Counted from the stretch's first letter, positions 1 to 8,475 are shown. The stretch is 59,715 nt of DNA from an uncultured Candidatus Saccharibacteria bacterium (GCA_964507105.1 CAZDOR010000002.1:22871-82585); one strand, 5' to 3'. The notes: generated by a model not told the origin, from the letters alone. Program-made: numbers and translations.

Positions 1-273
1 CTCGGGCCCCCAATCCAGCCCCTCTTCGGCTTCTTCGGAGTCTACTCTTTTTATGCAGCTGGGAAAATTACCCGCATGCTGAGGATCGGCGGCAAAAGCC
101 ATTACCGCGTTGCTAATGGAATTTATGTGCTGTCTTCTCGTCGAGTTTCTGGCTTGGGCGAATTGCTCACCCGGGTTGATGGTTACCACAACCGCACCGG
201 CCAAAATGGCGATGATGGCGATTACGATAAGAAGCTCAACCAATGTAAAACCTTTTTCAGTTATGTTTTTCAT
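1..273 (-). CDS. Type IV major-type pilin (3' end runs off the window start; not in ORF track)
   Basis: Manual translation: MKNITEKG|FTLVELLIVIAIIAILAGAVVVTINPGEQFAQARNSTRRQHINSISNAVMAFAADPQHAGNFPSCIKRVDSEEAEEGLDWGPE...; class III signal G|F with E5; no stop codon within the window. Confidence 0.92.
   Translation of the reverse strand, partial: MKNITEKGFTLVELLIVIAIIAILAGAVVVTINPGEQFAQARNSTRRQHINSISNAVMAFAADPQHAGNFPSCIKRVDSEEAEEGLDWGPE
137..273. repeat. 137-bp exact direct repeat, copy 1 (pilin codons 1-46)
   Basis: Identical to 724..860 (offset 587); flanking bases differ on both sides. Confidence 0.95.
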
Positions 274-312
274 ACGAATTTAAAAGAATTTCAATTCGAC
301 TTCGCTTAACTT

Positions 313-341
313 ATTCTATATAACTTTTAAAAATTTTGCAA
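313..341 (-). promoter_or_regulatory. Putative sigma70 promoter of the pilin at 1..273
   Basis: TTGCAA-17 bp-TAGAAT directly downstream of a terminator. Confidence 0.55.
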
Positions 342-343
342 AT

Positions 344-371
344 AAAAAAACGGCCCCCGGAAAGGAGGCCG
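344..371 (-). terminator. Intrinsic terminator after the pilin at 393..860
   Basis: CGGCCTCC-TTTCC-GGGGGCCG followed by T7 on the minus strand. Confidence 0.8.
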
Positions 372-392
372 CTTAAAGCACTTCTAAATAAT

Positions 393-860
393 TTAGTCTT
401 CTTCGTCTCTGTCGAGCCATTCATCGGAAGTGCTCCAAATGACTATGTTGTTGGCATCCTCGGTGGCAAAAGCCACTCTATATTCTTCATCTTCCTGTTG
501 GGGTTCGGGCATGTCGGTAATGTATTCCGGAGTCAAAGACTCACAATCTTCAACATCTACACCCTCCTGCTCTTCATCGAAGCCTTCATCTCCCGGCTCA
601 ACGTCGTCGGGATCCAAGGAATAAGGATCGTTGTCGTTGTCATACAAACAATCGGGGAAATTCCCTTGATTTCCGGCCGTATAGCTTAGAATACCGCTGG
701 AAATGGTTTGGATGTGTTGGTCCCTCGTCGAGTTTCTGGCTTGGGCGAATTGCTCACCCGGGTTGATGGTTACCACAACCGCACCGGCCAAAATGGCGAT
801 GATGGCGATTACGATAAGAAGCTCAACCAATGTAAAACCTTTTTCAGTTATGTTTTTCAT
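393..860 (-). CDS. Type IV major-type pilin with a very acidic globular domain
   Basis: KG|FTLVELLIVIAIIAIL class III signal; Cys pair (FPDC...EDC); P-x-D/E-P pilin motif. Confidence 0.95.
   Translation of the reverse strand: MKNITEKGFTLVELLIVIAIIAILAGAVVVTINPGEQFAQARNSTRDQHIQTISSGILSYTAGNQGNFPDCLYDNDNDPYSLDPDDVEPGDEGFDEEQEGVDVEDCESLTPEYITDMPEPQQEDEEYRVAFATEDANNIVIWSTSDEWLDRDEED
724..860. repeat. 137-bp exact direct repeat, copy 2
   Basis: Identical to 137..273. Confidence 0.95.
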
Positions 861-943
861 CTTTTCACAGATAAATTAACTTAATCGACCTTTTTTATTA
901 CTTATTGAAGTCTAAAACAAAAAACCGCTTCTTTCAAGTTCGA

Positions 944-1372
944 TTATTGCAAAATACGAAGGTCGGTAATGTCGTCGGTAATGTCTTCACACTCTTCCAG
1001 AAACGATCGAACGGTAACCCTCTCGTCGGCAAGCATTATTCCGTAGCAAGACCTTCCCTCTTCTCCCTGTGGATCGGAAGGAATTTCACTCACGTAACCT
1101 CCGCCTACCAACTCTTCTTCACACTCTGAAGCGTCAATGAACTCTCCCTCGTTTTCCGCGATACAATCGGGAAACTCTCCACCTTCCTCTATTACCCGGG
1201 TGTAGATTCCATTTACCAAAATATTCATATCGGACCAGCGCTGAGCATTTCTGTAGGTTTCCAATTGTTCTCTGGGATTGAGAGCCAAAACCACAACACC
1301 GGCCAAAATGGCGATTATACCGATAACGATCAGCAACTCTATCAAAGTAAACCCGTTTTTCTTATTTTTCAT
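944..1372 (-). CDS. Type IV major-type pilin
   Basis: NG|FTLIELLIVIGIIAIL; FPDC..., IPSDP motif; shares 19 identical bp (1297..1315) with the other two pilins. Confidence 0.95.
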   Translation of the reverse strand: MKNKKNGFTLIELLIVIGIIAILAGVVVLALNPREQLETYRNAQRWSDMNILVNGIYTRVIEEGGEFPDCIAENEGEFIDASECEEELVGGGYVSEIPSDPQGEEGRSCYGIMLADERVTVRSFLEECEDITDDITDLRILQ

Positions 1373-1412
1373 AAATATTCATTTTATTTTAAGTTCGACC
1401 TTTAGCTTTTTA

Positions 1413-1442
1413 ATTATACTAAAGACGGTTTCGTCAAGTCAA
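1413..1442 (-). promoter_or_regulatory. Putative sigma70 promoter of the pilins at 944..1372 and 393..860
   Basis: TTGACT-18 bp-TATAAT. Confidence 0.55.
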
Positions 1443-1843
1443 TCCCCGTGGATCGTTCTGGTCTTTTCTTTCCTTATCCAACCGGATTTTCCATCACGCA
1501 TCGACTCGATAAAAAGCCAGTCGTCTATCTTGTTTTTTACCAGATAGAAATCATCCACGGAAGCTTCTTTTTGAATATCGGCCTCGTCTCCGGGTCCCTC
1601 CAGAAGTGGATATTTTTCTTTTTCCACTTCCAAAATAACCACTATCGGTTCGACGGAAAGGCCTTCCCTCAACTGAAAAACGACTCCCGTTCGGGTGACC
1701 ACCTCTTCGGGGATGGGGAAAAAAGCAACATAATAGACCGTGAAAGCAAAAAAAAGCAGCCCGATAATCGCTATTAAAAGAGAAGCGAAATAAAATCCGG
1801 GATTCGGTCCGGTATCGTCTTCATAGTAAAAAGTAGTCGTCAT
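1439..1843 (-). CDS. Single-pass membrane protein with a C-terminal bacterial SH3-like domain
   Basis: TM helix at aa 17-42; LLEGPG...DW...GKSGWIRK resembles the SH3b pattern (R/ExGPs...W...G..GWv). Confidence 0.6.
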   Translation of the reverse strand: MTTTFYYEDDTGPNPGFYFASLLIAIIGLLFFAFTVYYVAFFPIPEEVVTRTGVVFQLREGLSVEPIVVILEVEKEKYPLLEGPGDEADIQKEASVDDFYLVKNKIDDWLFIESMRDGKSGWIRKEKTRTIHGD

Positions 1844-1855
1844 CGATCAAACAAA

Positions 1856-4800
1856 TTAATCTTCATCATTTTCATCTTCTTCGCCTTCATCCCCTTCTTC
1901 GGAAAGTTGTCCCTCTTCGGCTTCTATCAGGAGCTCTCGCATCCGGTTGGTCAAATCGACCAATTTTTGCTCAAAAGCGTAACTGTCAATCTCGCCTTGT
2001 TGATACAGGCCGTCATAGTCGGCGAACTCCTCCTCCAATTGTAAATAAAGCTCTTCGAAATACTCTTCTTCTTCCAATTCTTCTTCATTCATCAGGGTGT
2101 GTGCTCGGGAAAATTCATCGCGAAGTGTATCGGTTAAACCGGGAACCCTGTCTATATCTATGAGATCTCTTTCCGGAAGTTCTTGAAATTGAACTTGACC
2201 GGCCATGTTTCTGAAATTAAAGAGGGCGGCACCCAGCAAAAAAAGACCGGAAAAAAGTATGAAAACCGAAATTATGAAAAGCGGCTTATCATCTTCAATT
2301 TCATCTTTTCTTTCTTGCTTTTTAACTTCTTCGGGAAGCAAATTTACTCCCACGTCTATCGGGTCTTTGCGGAGTCCGCGCAAAGCTAAACCGACCACGT
2401 TGGAATAAAGCACCGACTCCTTCTCCTCCAAAAAGTCGGGGGCATCTATCTTCTTTAGCGGACTCCCCGTCTTGAAATTCAAATCTTCGAATTGACCTTC
2501 AAAAAAGTCGGTTATCCCGGGAAGCAGGGCGGTTCCTCCGGTAAGAAGAACCTCTTCTACCTGCGAGCTGAATTCCCGCTGATAATAATCGCGGGCCTCC
2601 TCTATTTCATCAACGATCTTGTGTCCGTGTTTTTCCATTATTTCATAAATATCTCCTTCCTTTTTGAATCCATTTTCCCGCTTTATTCTCTCTGCGTCGA
2701 CAGTCGTCTCTCCCAAATTTTTAGCTATTTCCCGAGTAAAATAATTTCCACCATAAGGAAGTGGAACGGAAACCACTAAGGACCCTCGCTTGTCATACAT
2801 GTTCAAAGTGCTGGTTTTGGCTCCCATGTCCAAAACCATCCTATCCTTTCCGTCGGCCATAACCAACTTCTCAGTGCCGTCCTCCCGCTTTATTTTTTTA
2901 ATTGGCAAAAGGGATCTACCTACGGAAAAGCCCTCTATCTCAAAAGCGGCTAAATCCAGTTTCGTCGACTTGAAAAAGAACGTATAGCTGTCAACTATCT
3001 CCTTCTGGGCGGCAACACAAATTATCTTCACCTCTTCCCCTACGGTGGGCACTTCTCTCGTGTCCCAATAGAGTTCATCCGGGTCGTGAGGTATAATCAT
3101 TTTTATTTTTTTCTTCACCTTTTCATTGAAGTTTTTTTTGTCGTTGAAAGTGAAAAGATGAACAAAAGTTCGAGACTCGGGCAAGCTAACCACTGCTTTA
3201 TACTTTTCTCGTTTCAAAACTATCGCTTTATCCTTGTCGTTGTCACTTATCCTGACCGGGAAAGGGTAAGCGTTTTCCAAGACCTCTTCTAATCTTTCGG
3301 ACAATTTTTTCTGATCGACAATTTCTCCGTCCTTGATTATCCCTTTACCCAATCTGGTTCTCCCATAAGTGAAAACCGACTTGTTTTCATTTAAAATAAG
3401 CATCTCTATCGAATAATCGCTGAGGTCGATTCCCATAAACCAGTGCTTGTCGGCAAAGAGTCTTTTCCATTGAATTCTCTTCAATTTTTTAATTTTATCC
3501 CGAACGAAAGGAGGTAAATTGTCATTATCATCAAATTCTTTCTGCCTGTCCTCCGGTCCGGAAGTTTCTATTCGGCCCGGATCTCGGTCTTCTTGTTTTT
3601 TTTCTTTTTTATTTTTCGAATCCAAAGAGGTGATTATCATCTCCACATCCTCTTCATCAATTTCTTCCTTTTTGGTTAATTCTTCCCGATCCATGTCACT
3701 CAAGTGGTTTAAATCCAGACCGGCATCGGCTAATTTCTTTTCCAAGTCGACCGAAAGCCCGGTAACACTTTCGGTTTTTGGTTTCGAACTTCCATCGCCT
3801 TTTTTCAGACGAAGGTTTATTTTCTCACGCATCTCTCTGACACGCCGAAAGAAGTCATCCCCAAGTGAAGAATCGTCTTCTTTTTGTAGTAGGCTTTCCA
3901 GTTTTTTTTCGGCCGATTCGAACTGTTCTTCTTCGAATAGTTTTTTAGCTTCCAAAAAAATTCTTTCCGCCTTTTTCTCTTCTTTTTTCTTCTTTTTTCT
4001 TCTTTTTTCTTCTTTCAATGTTTTTTTAAGTTTCGCTAATTCATCAACTTCTTTTCGATTCACACCGACCGCCTTGAGACGATCTTCCAAGCCGGAAACA
4101 AGCTGTCGAGCTCGCTTTAATCCACCCTTTTCGATTATCTCTTCTATTTCCGGTATCTCACTTTTGACCGCTTTTATTTCGGACTCCTTTTTTTGTCTTT
4201 CTTTTCGCGCTCGGGATAAAATTTCTTCGCCTTGGTCAATTAGGGATTCTACTTCTTCTATTTTTTTTCCGATTTCTTCGCCTTTTTTCTTTATTTTAGT
4301 CCACTTTTTTTCTTCTTCCTCTATCTTTTTTAAATTGGAACTCAACCATCTCTTTTTTTCTTTAATCCATTTACGCTGTTTTTTATTTTTATCTTTTTCT
4401 TCAAGATCCCGAATTACGGACAGCTTCTCCTCGAGCAACTTTTTTAGGCCATTTAACCTTTCCTTTTTTTCTTCAGCCGATTTGAGTTTTTCTTTTAATT
4501 TTTTCTCCTTTTGAATCAGCTTTTCGAGTAACTCCTTCCACTCGGAAACGGTTTCCTTTATTTTCGCAAGATCTTCATTTCCGCTCAATTTTTTCAGTTC
4601 CGAATTATCGAGGTCGGGAAGATCCTGGATGTCGATTTCGGGTATTCTGACTATTTTTTTATTGCCGAAAAACTTTTTTACAAAAGAAAATAGAGAGCCC
4701 TCTCCGCGATAGTCTTTCTCTTCTTTATCGACAATATTTTTTCTGAGCCGAGAAGATTTCTTCAAAAGATTACCCTTTTTACTAACCTTTTCGCTAACCT

Positions 4801-7066
4801 CCTTATCTGAATTTTTCAGATCATCAATTAACGAATCTATCAAAAACAATGCCTTCAAGTACTCTTCTTTTTGAAAACGGTCCTCCACTTCTTCGTAACG
4901 AGAAAGGAGCTTTTTGATTTTTTTATTCAGTTCGGAATCGAGCCTCTTTTCTTCTCTTTTTTTCTCCAACTTTTCTTCTAATTTTTTTATTTTTTTCTCC
5001 GGAACTTCGAGAGATTCTTCTCTTTTCAATTCTTCCAGCTTATTTTTCAATTCTTCCGGTTTTCCTTCTTCGATTTGATTTTCAATTTGAGAGATTTTTT
5101 TCTTTAATTGATTCCTTTTCTTTTCTTTTTCCTTTTTTATCTCCTCGATTCTATCTTCTCCTTTCTCTATTTTTTCTTTAATTTTTTTCAAGAGTTGTCC
5201 TGCTTTTTTCTTTCTGTTTCTTGCCTCAGCTAATTTATTCTCTTCTTCCTCTATCTTTTTTAAATTGGAACTCAACCATCTCTTTTTTTCTTTAATCCAT
5301 TTACGCTGTTTTTTATTTTTATCTTTTTCTTCAAGATCCCGAATTACGGACAGCTTCTCCTCGAGCAACTTTTTTAGGCCATTTAACCTTTCCTTTTTTT
5401 CTCCGACTGATTCTAATTTTTCTTTTAGCTTTTTTTCTTTCCGAGTCAAGTTTTTAAGTGATTCATTCCATTCGGAAAGGACTTCTTTCACTTCTGCAAG
5501 ATCTTCTTTTCCCTTTAATTTTTTCGAGCTCGAATCATTGATCTCGGGAAGATCTTGGATGTCGATTTCGGGTATTCTGACTATTTTTCTGTTTTCGCTT
5601 ATAACCAGCTGACCATAGCCGGCCAATTCCTCGTCTTGAACTTTTTCTTTCAACGAAAAACACTCGCTCAAGAGTCCGGAAAAACTATCTTCTTCCTCCA
5701 GTTTTTGAATCAGCTCCAATAGAATAAAGATTGATTCTAAAAAGTTCGATTGTTCATAGAGTTTTTGTGCCTCTTCATAACGATTAAATAGTTTTTCCCT
5801 CTTTTTTTCTTGAATTAATTCCTCTTCCGCCTCTTTTAATTCGATTTCTATTTTTTTCAAAGTTTCATTAATTTTCTCTCTTCTTTCCTTTAAAGAGGAT
5901 ATTTTTTTAAGTTCCTCATCGGTAGAATCTTTTATTTTTTTGTAAAAATCATATTTTTTACTCAACCAGTCACCCATTATTAAGGTGGGCCTTGTTGATT
6001 TTATCTCATCGAGAGAATCGAGCTTTTTTTTCATAACTTTTTTCAAGGCAAGTAGCTTTTCTTTTCTCTCAGTTAGTTTTTCCAATTCGCTTTCCATTTC
6101 TTTCAGGTCGTGGGTTAACCGCTCGGAATCCTTCTCCATTTTTTTAATTAATTTCCGCAAAGCGGTCACGGAAATTTTGCCGGGATCCTCGTTATAACCG
6201 AATTCCTCGGGATCCGGAAACCGATCCATGTCGAGACTGGGAATCCGAAACCCCTTTCCGGTAACCTTGCCCAATCTTCCGCTCTTTAATTCTTCTTCTC
6301 GATAAAAAAGATTTTTCTTTTCGTATTCCTTTTTTTCTTCTTTTTTCGCTTTTTCTTTGAGTTTTTGTGCCTTTTCAATCAGTTTTTCCTGATTTTTAGG
6401 TTCCGCATTTCTAATCAGAAACTCGGTTAAAAATTGAACTTTTAAATATTCTCCGTTCTCAAAATAATCCGCGGCTTCTTGATATGGAATTTTCAGTTTA
6501 TTCTTTTCTTTCTCTTCTTTTTTCTTTGATTTCAGTTCCTCAATTTTTTCTTTTACCCGTTCGGCCGCAGTCTCTTTTTTTCTTAAAGTTTTCTCCAAAT
6601 GTGAGGCGGACTTTACTGCTCTCTGTTTTTTGTTTTCCATTCGAAACAATTCCTTCTCCAGGTAGGATTTTTCATCTTTTATTTCGCTCATTTGGCTTTC
6701 CTCCTCCCAAACTTTTTTTTCCAAATTACGAAGCTTATCTTCAAGCTCCCATCTCTTTCTGATCAGTTTTCGCCTTCGCTCCGGAGAATCCTCGGCAGCA
6801 ATGGACTTCTCGATTCTTTTTCTTTTTTCCTCAACTTTTCTCTGTATTCTTTTACTGATGGCCAGAGAATCTTCAATTTTCTCTTTTTCTTTTTGGAGAT
6901 CTCTTCTTTTTCTCTTAGACTTACTTTGATTTCGAATCAAGGATTCCATCTGCTCTTCGGCAGATTTTAACTCTCTTTTTAATTTTTCGATGCCCTCCTC
7001 GAATTGAGAGTACCTCTCTTCAAGTTCGGCGATCGTTTCAGGTTTTTGTTCCTCCTTATTGGTCAT
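1856..7066 (-). CDS. pilM: Giant PilM fusion (1736 aa): about 1200-aa repeated coiled-coil/helical region + HhH-like motif + PilM actin-like domain + PilN-like VNLLP/TM + acidic tail
   Basis: PilM motifs from aa ~1211: MGIDLSDYSIE, VVSLPES, VLDMGAKTS, GGNYFT, LLTGGTALLPG, VGLALRG; then VNLLP and one TM; located inside a pilus operon. Confidence 0.85.
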   Translation of the reverse strand: MTNKEEQKPETIAELEERYSQFEEGIEKLKRELKSAEEQMESLIRNQSKSKRKRRDLQKEKEKIEDSLAISKRIQRKVEEKRKRIEKSIAAEDSPERRRKLIRKRWELEDKLRNLEKKVWEEESQMSEIKDEKSYLEKELFRMENKKQRAVKSASHLEKTLRKKETAAERVKEKIEELKSKKKEEKEKNKLKIPYQEAADYFENGEYLKVQFLTEFLIRNAEPKNQEKLIEKAQKLKEKAKKEEKKEYEKKNLFYREEELKSGRLGKVTGKGFRIPSLDMDRFPDPEEFGYNEDPGKISVTALRKLIKKMEKDSERLTHDLKEMESELEKLTERKEKLLALKKVMKKKLDSLDEIKSTRPTLIMGDWLSKKYDFYKKIKDSTDEELKKISSLKERREKINETLKKIEIELKEAEEELIQEKKREKLFNRYEEAQKLYEQSNFLESIFILLELIQKLEEEDSFSGLLSECFSLKEKVQDEELAGYGQLVISENRKIVRIPEIDIQDLPEINDSSSKKLKGKEDLAEVKEVLSEWNESLKNLTRKEKKLKEKLESVGEKKERLNGLKKLLEEKLSVIRDLEEKDKNKKQRKWIKEKKRWLSSNLKKIEEEENKLAEARNRKKKAGQLLKKIKEKIEKGEDRIEEIKKEKEKKRNQLKKKISQIENQIEEGKPEELKNKLEELKREESLEVPEKKIKKLEEKLEKKREEKRLDSELNKKIKKLLSRYEEVEDRFQKEEYLKALFLIDSLIDDLKNSDKEVSEKVSKKGNLLKKSSRLRKNIVDKEEKDYRGEGSLFSFVKKFFGNKKIVRIPEIDIQDLPDLDNSELKKLSGNEDLAKIKETVSEWKELLEKLIQKEKKLKEKLKSAEEKKERLNGLKKLLEEKLSVIRDLEEKDKNKKQRKWIKEKKRWLSSNLKKIEEEEKKWTKIKKKGEEIGKKIEEVESLIDQGEEILSRARKERQKKESEIKAVKSEIPEIEEIIEKGGLKRARQLVSGLEDRLKAVGVNRKEVDELAKLKKTLKEEKRRKKKKKEEKKAERIFLEAKKLFEEEQFESAEKKLESLLQKEDDSSLGDDFFRRVREMREKINLRLKKGDGSSKPKTESVTGLSVDLEKKLADAGLDLNHLSDMDREELTKKEEIDEEDVEMIITSLDSKNKKEKKQEDRDPGRIETSGPEDRQKEFDDNDNLPPFVRDKIKKLKRIQWKRLFADKHWFMGIDLSDYSIEMLILNENKSVFTYGRTRLGKGIIKDGEIVDQKKLSERLEEVLENAYPFPVRISDNDKDKAIVLKREKYKAVVSLPESRTFVHLFTFNDKKNFNEKVKKKIKMIIPHDPDELYWDTREVPTVGEEVKIICVAAQKEIVDSYTFFFKSTKLDLAAFEIEGFSVGRSLLPIKKIKREDGTEKLVMADGKDRMVLDMGAKTSTLNMYDKRGSLVVSVPLPYGGNYFTREIAKNLGETTVDAERIKRENGFKKEGDIYEIMEKHGHKIVDEIEEARDYYQREFSSQVEEVLLTGGTALLPGITDFFEGQFEDLNFKTGSPLKKIDAPDFLEEKESVLYSNVVGLALRGLRKDPIDVGVNLLPEEVKKQERKDEIEDDKPLFIISVFILFSGLFLLGAALFNFRNMAGQVQFQELPERDLIDIDRVPGLTDTLRDEFSRAHTLMNEEELEEEEYFEELYLQLEEEFADYDGLYQQGEIDSYAFEQKLVDLTNRMRELLIEAEEGQLSEEGDEGEEDENDED
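4311..4472. repeat. 162-bp exact intragenic direct repeat, copy A
   Basis: Identical to 5241..5402 (offset 930 bp = 310 codons); encodes EKKERLNGLKKLLEEKLSVIRDLEEKDKNKKQRKWIKEKKRWLSSNLKKIEEEE. Confidence 0.93.
5241..5402. repeat. 162-bp exact intragenic direct repeat, copy B
   Basis: Identical to 4311..4472; part of a larger imperfect duplication starting at RIPEIDIQDLP. Confidence 0.93.
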
Positions 7067-7126
7067 CGATTAAAAAAATAATTGGAGTTTATTTATTCTA
7101 CCAATTTTTCGTGTCGTCAACAAACT

Positions 7127-7603
7127 TCAGCGACGTAGATTTTCAACCGTGGTAAAGCTTCTTTCAAAATCAAACTGAGGCATCTCTTCCGGGTTGTAAA
7201 AAGCAACATCAAAATCCATTCGTACGGCACCGTCTCCCGCTTTTTCAAAATTAAGTCTCCTTATTACCGACCTTTCCGTCGAAACACGATCCGGCTCCCG
7301 ATCTCCTCTTTTAATATAAAAATGACTTCCCTCCAGATAAATTTCAACCGGATCGGTGCTCTCGTATAACGAATTCAAAATTAATTTGTCTCCCTCAACC
7401 GATTCAATCTCCTCGGCTAATCTTATTTCTCGAGAAACCCGTTCGGAAATTACTCTCCCGTTCTGATTGACCACTTCCATGGACATATTTCTCATTCGGG
7501 CAGTGGAAATATTGGTACCTATCAAAACGACGGTACCGATGAGACCGGTTATTATCGCAAAATAAATTAAAAATTCTATCAGTGTAAATCCGCGTTTATT
7601 CAT
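7127..7603 (-). CDS. Minor pilin (PilW/PulJ-like)
   Basis: MNKRG|FTLIEFLIYFAII; start moved from the track's 7618 to the ATG at 7603. Confidence 0.85.
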   Translation of the reverse strand: MNKRGFTLIEFLIYFAIITGLIGTVVLIGTNISTARMRNMSMEVVNQNGRVISERVSREIRLAEEIESVEGDKLILNSLYESTDPVEIYLEGSHFYIKRGDREPDRVSTERSVIRRLNFEKAGDGAVRMDFDVAFYNPEEMPQFDFERSFTTVENLRR

Positions 7604-7604
7604 A

Positions 7605-8015
7605 TTAACGATTTTCAATTTTTACCGACTCCTCGTTTTCGGCACATTCTGCTTCCAAACTTATCCTACCTACCCCGACGGCTTGAACGAAATATCCCGT
7701 TTCGTATTCACAATCGTCTCCGAGTGGGTCTTTCGGAATTTCATCCATATAATCGGGAACCAGATCGCTCTCGCACTCACTTATATCGATCCGACTTTCT
7801 TCCACACATTCCGGATACTCCCCTTCTCGGGACCGATATTCGGTAAAAGAAAGTTGTAAATCTTCAAGATGAGCTCTCCTTCTGTCATTTCTGGATTGAC
7901 TAATCCTGTATCCGGGATTTATCGTTACGACGATGGCAACCGTCAGTATGGAAATGATACCGATAACCAAAAGTATCTCAACCAGGGTAAATCCTTTTTC
8001 GGTTATTTTTTTCAT
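7605..8015 (-). CDS. Type IV pilin (major/PulG-like)
   Basis: MKKITEKG|FTLVEILLVIGIISIL, TINPG, IPKDP; start moved to the ATG at 8015. Confidence 0.9.
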   Translation of the reverse strand: MKKITEKGFTLVEILLVIGIISILTVAIVVTINPGYRISQSRNDRRRAHLEDLQLSFTEYRSREGEYPECVEESRIDISECESDLVPDYMDEIPKDPLGDDCEYETGYFVQAVGVGRISLEAECAENEESVKIENR

Positions 8016-8016
8016 C

Positions 8017-8475
8017 TTAAAATTCAGTAAAATTATCGACTTCACGCCAATTTATAAGCTCCATCTCGAAGTGGCCTTCTACTTCTTCATGCTCTTCAAG
8101 ATGAACTTCCGCCTGAATATTTTTAATGCTATCCCTCTTTTCACCGACACCGGAAACGATGCGTATCGTTTCTCTGGATTCGACTTCTCTTATCCTACAA
8201 GTTTCTTCCCCGACGGAAATTTCCTCATCTCCCTCGTAATCGGAATCGAATTTAAGTCTGTTCAAGCCCTCTTCAACGCAACTATTGGCTAAATGAAGAG
8301 CAATCCGGGAGTCTACCAAATCGTCCGTTCTTCTCAAATCTTCGGCAGCGGAAAAAAACATCCCCAAAAAGAGAACCATAAAAAATCCGCTCATTATGAT
8401 AACCGAGGTGAGGGCCACCATTCCTCTTTCATCAACGGAAAATTGGGTTTTTTTATTTTTAGTATTGTTCTTCAT
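8017..8475 (-). CDS. Minor pilin, PilX-like (lacks E5)
   Basis: RG|MVALTSVIIM hydrophobic helix; A...A.SCVEEGL..L; C-terminal WREV; start moved to 8475. Confidence 0.75.
   Translation of the reverse strand: MKNNTKNKKTQFSVDERGMVALTSVIIMSGFFMVLFLGMFFSAAEDLRRTDDLVDSRIALHLANSCVEEGLNRLKFDSDYEGDEEISVGEETCRIREVESRETIRIVSGVGEKRDSIKNIQAEVHLEEHEEVEGHFEMELINWREVDNFTEF

Noticed and set aside
76-689. Plus-strand ORFs 76..309, 336..689 and 430..624
   Set aside because: Antisense to clear pilin genes.
3519-6970. Long plus-strand ORFs (for example 331 aa at 3519..4514) opposite the giant PilM, and similar shadows across the window
   Set aside because: S/F/L-rich antisense translations of K/E-rich minus-strand genes; no RBS or motifs.
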